A stretch of DNA of 64,000 bases from Squalus acanthias (lineage: Eukaryota), in NCBI GenBank assembly GCA_030390025.1, contig CM059432.1:83702001-83766000 (forward strand). The letters run 5' to 3'. Positions 58,851 through 64,000 of this stretch are shown one piece after another. Both the position numbers and the translations under genes were made by a program. Under the pieces are notes generated by a model that saw nothing but the letters and a program-made list of their open reading frames with translations, had not been told where the DNA came from and searched no databases. How positions within the stretch are numbered: position 1 is the first letter of the stretch; the number at the start of each line of letters is the position of its first letter.

Positions 58851-60087
58851 ACCTCAGAGGAAGCTCCAGCCTCTGTGGGTGCACCATCAGCAGACCCAAA
58901 TGCACCTAGCACCAGCGCAGAGACGCACACCTCGGTGGATCCTGTGCGAGATAGACCAGTGTTGTCACCTGGTGTCCCTCAGATCACAAGCAAGCAAGAG
59001 CAGATGGTGTTGACAGGGACAGGAGTGGAGACTCCTCGCCGGGGGGCGCAGGACGCTCCAAGATCTGCTGAGCTGCATGCAGACACTGAGCCTCGGGGGC
59101 CACCGAGAAAGAAGGTGATCTTGGAGAGACAGCATCAATTGCATGAGGCTCTGGCAGCTTTTGCAGCCGCGATGTCTGCAAATATGCAGAGAATGGAGGA
59201 GTCCATCTCCAACATGAGCACCACCATGTCGCAGGCGATGGCGACGATGTGCTGTTCCATGGAAAGGATGGCCACCTGCATGGAGCAGCAAATGCGCCAG
59301 TCACATGAGCACAAGCTTGCTGTGGACAACAGATGGCAGACGCTCATTGACCTCATCTCGAGGAGGGATATGAACGTAGACTTGGGCGTTTCTCGCCCCA
59401 CTGATGTGCAGCAAAGTGCTCTCCAACTCCTTGCTATCAGGGAAGTGCAGGTGGCCCATGAGAGGGATGATGTTGAGAGGGGATATGGAAGTGGGGGCTC
59501 TTCTCAAAGCGCTCACACTTTTCCCCATTGCCTCGCCCTCAGTCAGAGCCCCACATGCTTCCTCGGATCCCGCTGGCCGAGTCTGCCCCTGCACAGTTGC
59601 AGGAGGAGCAGTCTTTGGCGGGGCCCTCACAGGCTCCAAAACCCAGAGGACTTACAACAAAAGTGTCTAAGCAGTTACAGCAGCGAAGTGAGCAGCCTGT
59701 CTCTACCTCTGCTGAAGCCACAGGGGTTGCACCTCGTAGAAGCATGTGGAAAAGAAAAAAGACACAAACCTAGATGCACAAGGGTATGCACATGGGTGTA
59801 TGAACAAATGTTAGTGATAAGTTTCAGTTATATTTATGACACAGATAAATTTATTTCTTTGCATCACTTTCCATTTTTGTCTGTGACCTGAGAAGTGGCT
59901 TTGTCACTTGGAGTGAATGGTGAGACATTACTTAACTTCGAGCTATGGGGGTTTGGGTGAGAGGAATGGCTTGTTCATTGTAGGGATGCTTTATTGTGTT
60001 GTTGGTGGGTGCGGGGTGGGGGGGGGGGGGGGGGTGGGGGTAAACTTAGTACAGCATGTGGCAGTCATATGGGTGCATTGGAGCAAG

Positions 60088-61285
60088 TTAAGTAAATCTG
60101 GCCATTATGAGGCCATTCCAGGCCTCCCGGGCAGCAATGTGCACCTCTGCTGGTGCCATCTCCACCTCAGCTTCCTCCTCCTCCTCATTGTCTTCCACCT
60201 GTTCCTCCTCCTCCTCCTCCTCTGAAGAGGCTGTGCGCTCTGCGCCTTGCTCCTCCTGCAGCTCCAATCATCACTGCTGTGCTATGTTGTGCAGCGCACA
60301 ACAAATGACGATGATTCTGGAGATCCTGGCTGGTGCATACTGAAGGGCTCCTCTGTCAAGGCATCTGAAGCGTGTCTTCAGCATGCCTATTCCTTGCTCT
60401 ATGACACATCTGGTGGACATGTGGCTCTCATTATATCGCTCCTCGGCCTCAGTACTTGGCCTCCTCAAGGGTGTCATGAGCCATGTCTTCAGTGGATAGC
60501 CCTTGTCTCCAAGCAGCCAGCCGGTAAGTCTGTTTGGAGGAGCGAAGAGCTGAGGGAGGGTGGACTGGCGCAGCGCGAAAGAGTCATGACAGCTGCAGGG
60601 GAATCTGGCACACACATGCATGATGATCCTGGGTGATGAGGGGATGCCTTTATGGCTACATGTGTGCAGTCAATGACGTCCTGCACCTGTGGGAGCCAGC
60701 CACAGCAGCAAAGCCAAGCGTCCACTCAGTAACACTGACATCATCAGTGGCAAAGTTGATATAATTGGCTGACTTGTCAAACAGGGTGTCGGTCACCTGG
60801 GTGATGCATCTGTGAGCGGCCGACTGCGAGATCCCGCAAATTTCTGCTGCAGATCCCTGGAAGGAGCCTGAGGTGAAGAAGTTGAGGGCGGTGGTGACTT
60901 TGACAGCCACTGGTAAGGAGTGTCCACCAGGTCCTCTGGGCAGCAGGTCTTGTTCCAGCAAGCTACAAATGTCTGCGACGACCTGGCGCGATAGCCTGAG
61001 CCTCCTGAAACACTGCTGCTCCGTCATGTTGAGGAAGCTCATCCTCTGCCTGTATACCCTGTGTTGAGGGTATCGCCTCCAGGGTGGTGCAGCCCTGTGC
61101 TGATCCCCTCTCTCCTGTGGAGCATCAGGTCGTTGAGGAGAAGACTGCTGTTGTGGTTGCTGCTGGTGTTGTGGTTGCTGCTGGTGTTGTGGCTGCTGCT
61201 GCTGGTGTGGCTGGTGTTGTTGGCGCTGGGGCTCATCTTAGTCTGATTCTGAGGTCTAAGGTGAGACAGCATAAACGGCACCCAT
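60088..61285 (-). pseudogene. Harbinger DDE transposase, frameshifted
   Basis: [69 protein letters not shown], spread over several frames. Confidence 0.92.
61147..61225 (-). repeat. Tandem ~18-bp repeat (tgttgtggttgctgctgg) in the transposase N-terminal region
   Basis: Three to four imperfect units seen directly; Gln/Pro/His-rich in one minus-strand frame. Confidence 0.85.
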
Positions 61286-61300
61286 GCTGATGTAATAGAT

Positions 61301-61362
61301 TGAGAGGTCGCACAACACCAGGTTATAGTCCAACAGTTTTATTTGAAATCACAAGCTTTCGG
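61301..61362 (-). mobile_element. Isolated Penelope pseudo-LTR fragment
   Basis: Close match to 62826-62887. Confidence 0.85.
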
Positions 61363-62821
61363 CTGTGATAGTGACTAGCAATGTGGTGAGAGTGGGTTCC
61401 GAGGTTGCAGAAATGACCTGCAAACTGCTGACAGCTAAATCTCTGCACAAAATGGAGTCAGCAAGAGCTTTTCCATTACCAAGTAATCAGGTGCAAAGTG
61501 TGAGTATTTATGTGTTTTTTCCAGCTGTCAATTAATGAACTCACACAATGGCCACTGAGCTTCCACCTCCCCATCACATGCAAGGTTCCTGTGGTGTGTG
61601 AATCCTGTGCTCAAGAAGTTAAAGCCAAAAGCTGCTGTTAAAAAGCCTCTTAAGGGTCTCTCAACAAGCATTTAAGTACTTCAATGAAGTCGCCCACCTC
61701 TGCCGAGCGGGTCTGTGGCACGCTGGGAAATGCGCCAGCGCTAAATGCGGAAGTCGGCGTGATGACGGCGGGTTCCCGACGCGCTGTCAATTTCCGCGAT
61801 TTTTACTGCTGACCCACCCCCCAAACCCACACGCTCGGGACTGGGAAAATTCCTGCCTTGCATTATGTTAAGTGAGGGACCCAGCCTCCAAGTCAATTCT
61901 ACACATGGAATAAAACCAGTGTCCATTAGTTTACTCACGTTCCTTCTCGGCAGCATGAAGATCAGTGTTTAAAGTCTTTCATGTTACACTAGAGAGGGCT
62001 CCATAGAGTATATGCCTTTTTCATTGATTACTTGTAAAAAATCTTAATGGAAATATTAAATTGTCAATGGTTAGCCAAATCTTCCAACCTGAGGATAATT
62101 TTATAATGGTGCAAAAGAAAAGCAAAAAGAGTAAAAATGGAAGACAGATACAGTAAATTGGAATATTTCAGATTTCTTGTCAATTTTTCTTTTCTGCAAA
62201 ATAATTGAATGGCAGGCATTAGATTTGAACTCTAGAATCCACAAGGGCACCAGACACAAACTATAAAGCAACTCTAAAGACATGACTGGGAATACAGCAG
62301 AAGAATCCAGGAGGAGCCTGGAGGCTGCAATAAAAAAGGAGAAAGAAATTTTGGGGTGGATTTCTTCTGCGAGCTATATGTAGCCAAATCATAAACATGT
62401 TCGTTATAAACAGATTTTGTTACACATGGTGCACAGAAAAAAGCTTCCCCCATAATTTCTCGCAATAACTTTTGTGAACTTCTTGCACAACCTTTTCAGT
62501 TTCTTGAGGCTTTAATAATGGATGGTTTTACTTGCTGATTTTCAGTGGAATTCTAGCCAAACCATTGCTACAAAGTTATAGAAAAAATGATCAGTAACCC
62601 GCTCGCTAGAAAGAAAGAGAAGACAGATGCTGGGACCGCAGTAACAGCACAGTTGGTAACTAACCCTTCCAACTCACTCTTACTTTCTAAACATTCATCT
62701 TCATTTTAGAATACGCATCCACTTGTCTAATTACTTAGTTTACTGGTATATTTTATACCAGACAGAATAAATTAAAGGTCTGGGGCAACCTAAAGCATCT
62801 AGAGGCCTAACACATATAATG

Positions 62822-63367
62822 AAAATGAGAAGTCGCACAACACCAGGTTATAGTCCAACAGATTTATTTAAAATTACAAGCTTTCGGAGCTGTCGGCCTT
62901 CTGGATACACGACAGCGCAAAATCATAGAGCAGAAACTGATAGCCAAGTTCCGCACTCATGAGGATGGCCTCAATCGCGATATCGGGTTCATGTCACGAT
63001 ACAGAACGTGACTTGACATCATGGCCGGTCTTTCCAGGTTTTTTTTAAAAAACTAACACAAGAACCAAACTCAACTGAAGAGGATATGCAGCCAGCAGGT
63101 GTTTTGACACGTTGGACCCCCTGGGACACATCTCATTGTCTTGGCTGTGCTCTTAGTGTGTCTTTGATGTAGGGAAAGATTTGAATACATTTTTTCTGTG
63201 TTTATATTGTGAATTCTGGGAGATTCTCTCACAGCTACCCTACCTGAAGAAGGAGCGACAGCTCCGAAAGCTTGTAATTTTAAATAAATCTGTTGGACTA
63301 TAACCTGGTGTTGTGCGACTTCTCATTTTTGTCCACCCCAGTCCAACGCCGGCATCTCCACATCATG
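62822..63367 (+). mobile_element. Penelope-like element: inverted partial pseudo-LTR, GIY-YIG C-terminus, pseudo-LTR
   Basis: Perfect 74-bp inverted repeat (62822-62895 / 63256-63329); RKIIEQKLIAKFRTHEDGLNRDIGF; flanking direct repeat acatataatgaa (62812-62823, 63368-63379). Confidence 0.9.
63240..63278 (+). ncRNA. Minimal hammerhead ribozyme motif
   Basis: CTGAAGA (63244-63250), A, stem ggagc/gctcc with loop gaca, GAAA, palindromic AAGCTT. Confidence 0.8.
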
Positions 63368-64000
63368 ACATATAATGAATACCCAGCACATCTGGTTAAA
63401 CCCTGCTACTTCAGCACATGACTGAATATTCATCATTATAAAATGATGTAGTATATTGTGGGATGGAGGGCCTTTCTGTCTAGGCTCTGAAATAACACCA
63501 GCCAGAGTGTCTTGGATTGTTTTATGCTCCAGGTAGCCCCTGCTGCCACCGCTATCTCCCCTGGTAACCCCCGCTCTACATGCATCGCCTGTTATCCTGC
63601 CCCCACAGGCTTGCAATTCCAGAAATAACTTTCCAACCTTGCGAAAAGGCCACTTTTCAGCAATCCAGAAAAAATATTGGGGGAAATAAATCTCTTGGAC
63701 CACCATCCATTCTGGCCCCAGCACTTTTGTGAGTAATTGAGTGGTTTTGTTGCTTTATTTTTTCCTTTACCTTTGGTTTAAACATCAGTGTTTTTATTTC
63801 AAAAGAAATATGGCTACTCCAAAAAGATGAAAGGGGTAAGCCCCTTTCCAGTTTTGCACATTGTTTCCAGTTCCCTCCAGTGTATGTACTTTATGGATGG
63901 CCCCTAACTAAATTTGTAAAATAAAAAAGTTGTCGACTTATAAGTTGACTTGAAGTGAGCAGTGGGGCAGGTTGAAATATTATCTGAAGACACATGACTC

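Larger units (their letters stand above)
53981..59773 (+). pseudogene. Harbinger Myb/SANT-like gene, 3 exons, exon 3 split by CR1
   Basis: Exon 1 53981-54217 (PRFNDALLE..AWLEMAEEISS..RTWIQCRKRFNDL), exon 2 54561-54720 (RERQRTGGGPP), exon 3 from 54867 resuming at ~58851. Confidence 0.85.
53683..61857. mobile_element. PIF/Harbinger DNA transposon B (Myb gene on +, transposase on -), with a CR1 insertion; ends approximate
   Basis: Both Harbinger genes present and convergent; right terminus gaaaattcctgcc; left TIR not cleanly identifiable. Confidence 0.85.

Noticed and set aside
58488..59891. 467-aa ORF as a novel gene
   Set aside because: Chimera of antisense CR1 ORF1 (to ~58850) and the frameshifted third exon of the Harbinger Myb gene.
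60012..60040. G-run as a functional G-quadruplex
   Set aside because: Simple homopolymer expansion in transposon intergenic DNA, prone to sequencing error, with no supporting context.
61930..62340. Possible minus-strand exons (GTGAGT donor near 61935, TTGCAG acceptors near 62195 and 62325)
   Set aside because: No consistent open frame between acceptor and donor and no recognisable peptide.
63323..63724. 133-aa minus-strand ORF
   Set aside because: Runs into the Penelope pseudo-LTR; no recognisable motif or splice support.

Overview
Eukaryotic, gene-poor, transposon-saturated vertebrate DNA. The repeat complement (SacSINE1-type DeuSINE, CR1 LINEs with SGNH-esterase ORF1, L2, RTE, Penelope-like elements, PIF/Harbinger) points to a cartilaginous fish (inference). 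No host gene, rRNA, functional tRNA or CRISPR array is supportable. The window holds deeply nested elements: many CR1 copies (one with an uninterrupted 983-aa ORF2), an RTE, an L2, two decayed two-gene Harbinger transposons plus about nine Harbinger-type MITEs/derivatives, a hAT-type MITE, two solo LTRs with 4-bp TSDs, Penelope-like fragments with hammerhead ribozyme cores, and a DeuSINE. The most unusual signal is a six-copy, single-ORF APE-RT LINE family ('family T'). Its 5' end is a tRNA-derived Pol III promoter (A/B boxes, duplicated anticodon arm) plus a SINE-like body. It has no ORF1, no in-frame AUG before the endonuclease motif, and a ~3 kb sense strand essentially free of TTTT Pol III terminators. 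It is a candidate Pol III-transcribed autonomous retrotransposon translated by a non-canonical route. All coordinates and motif scans were done by eye.
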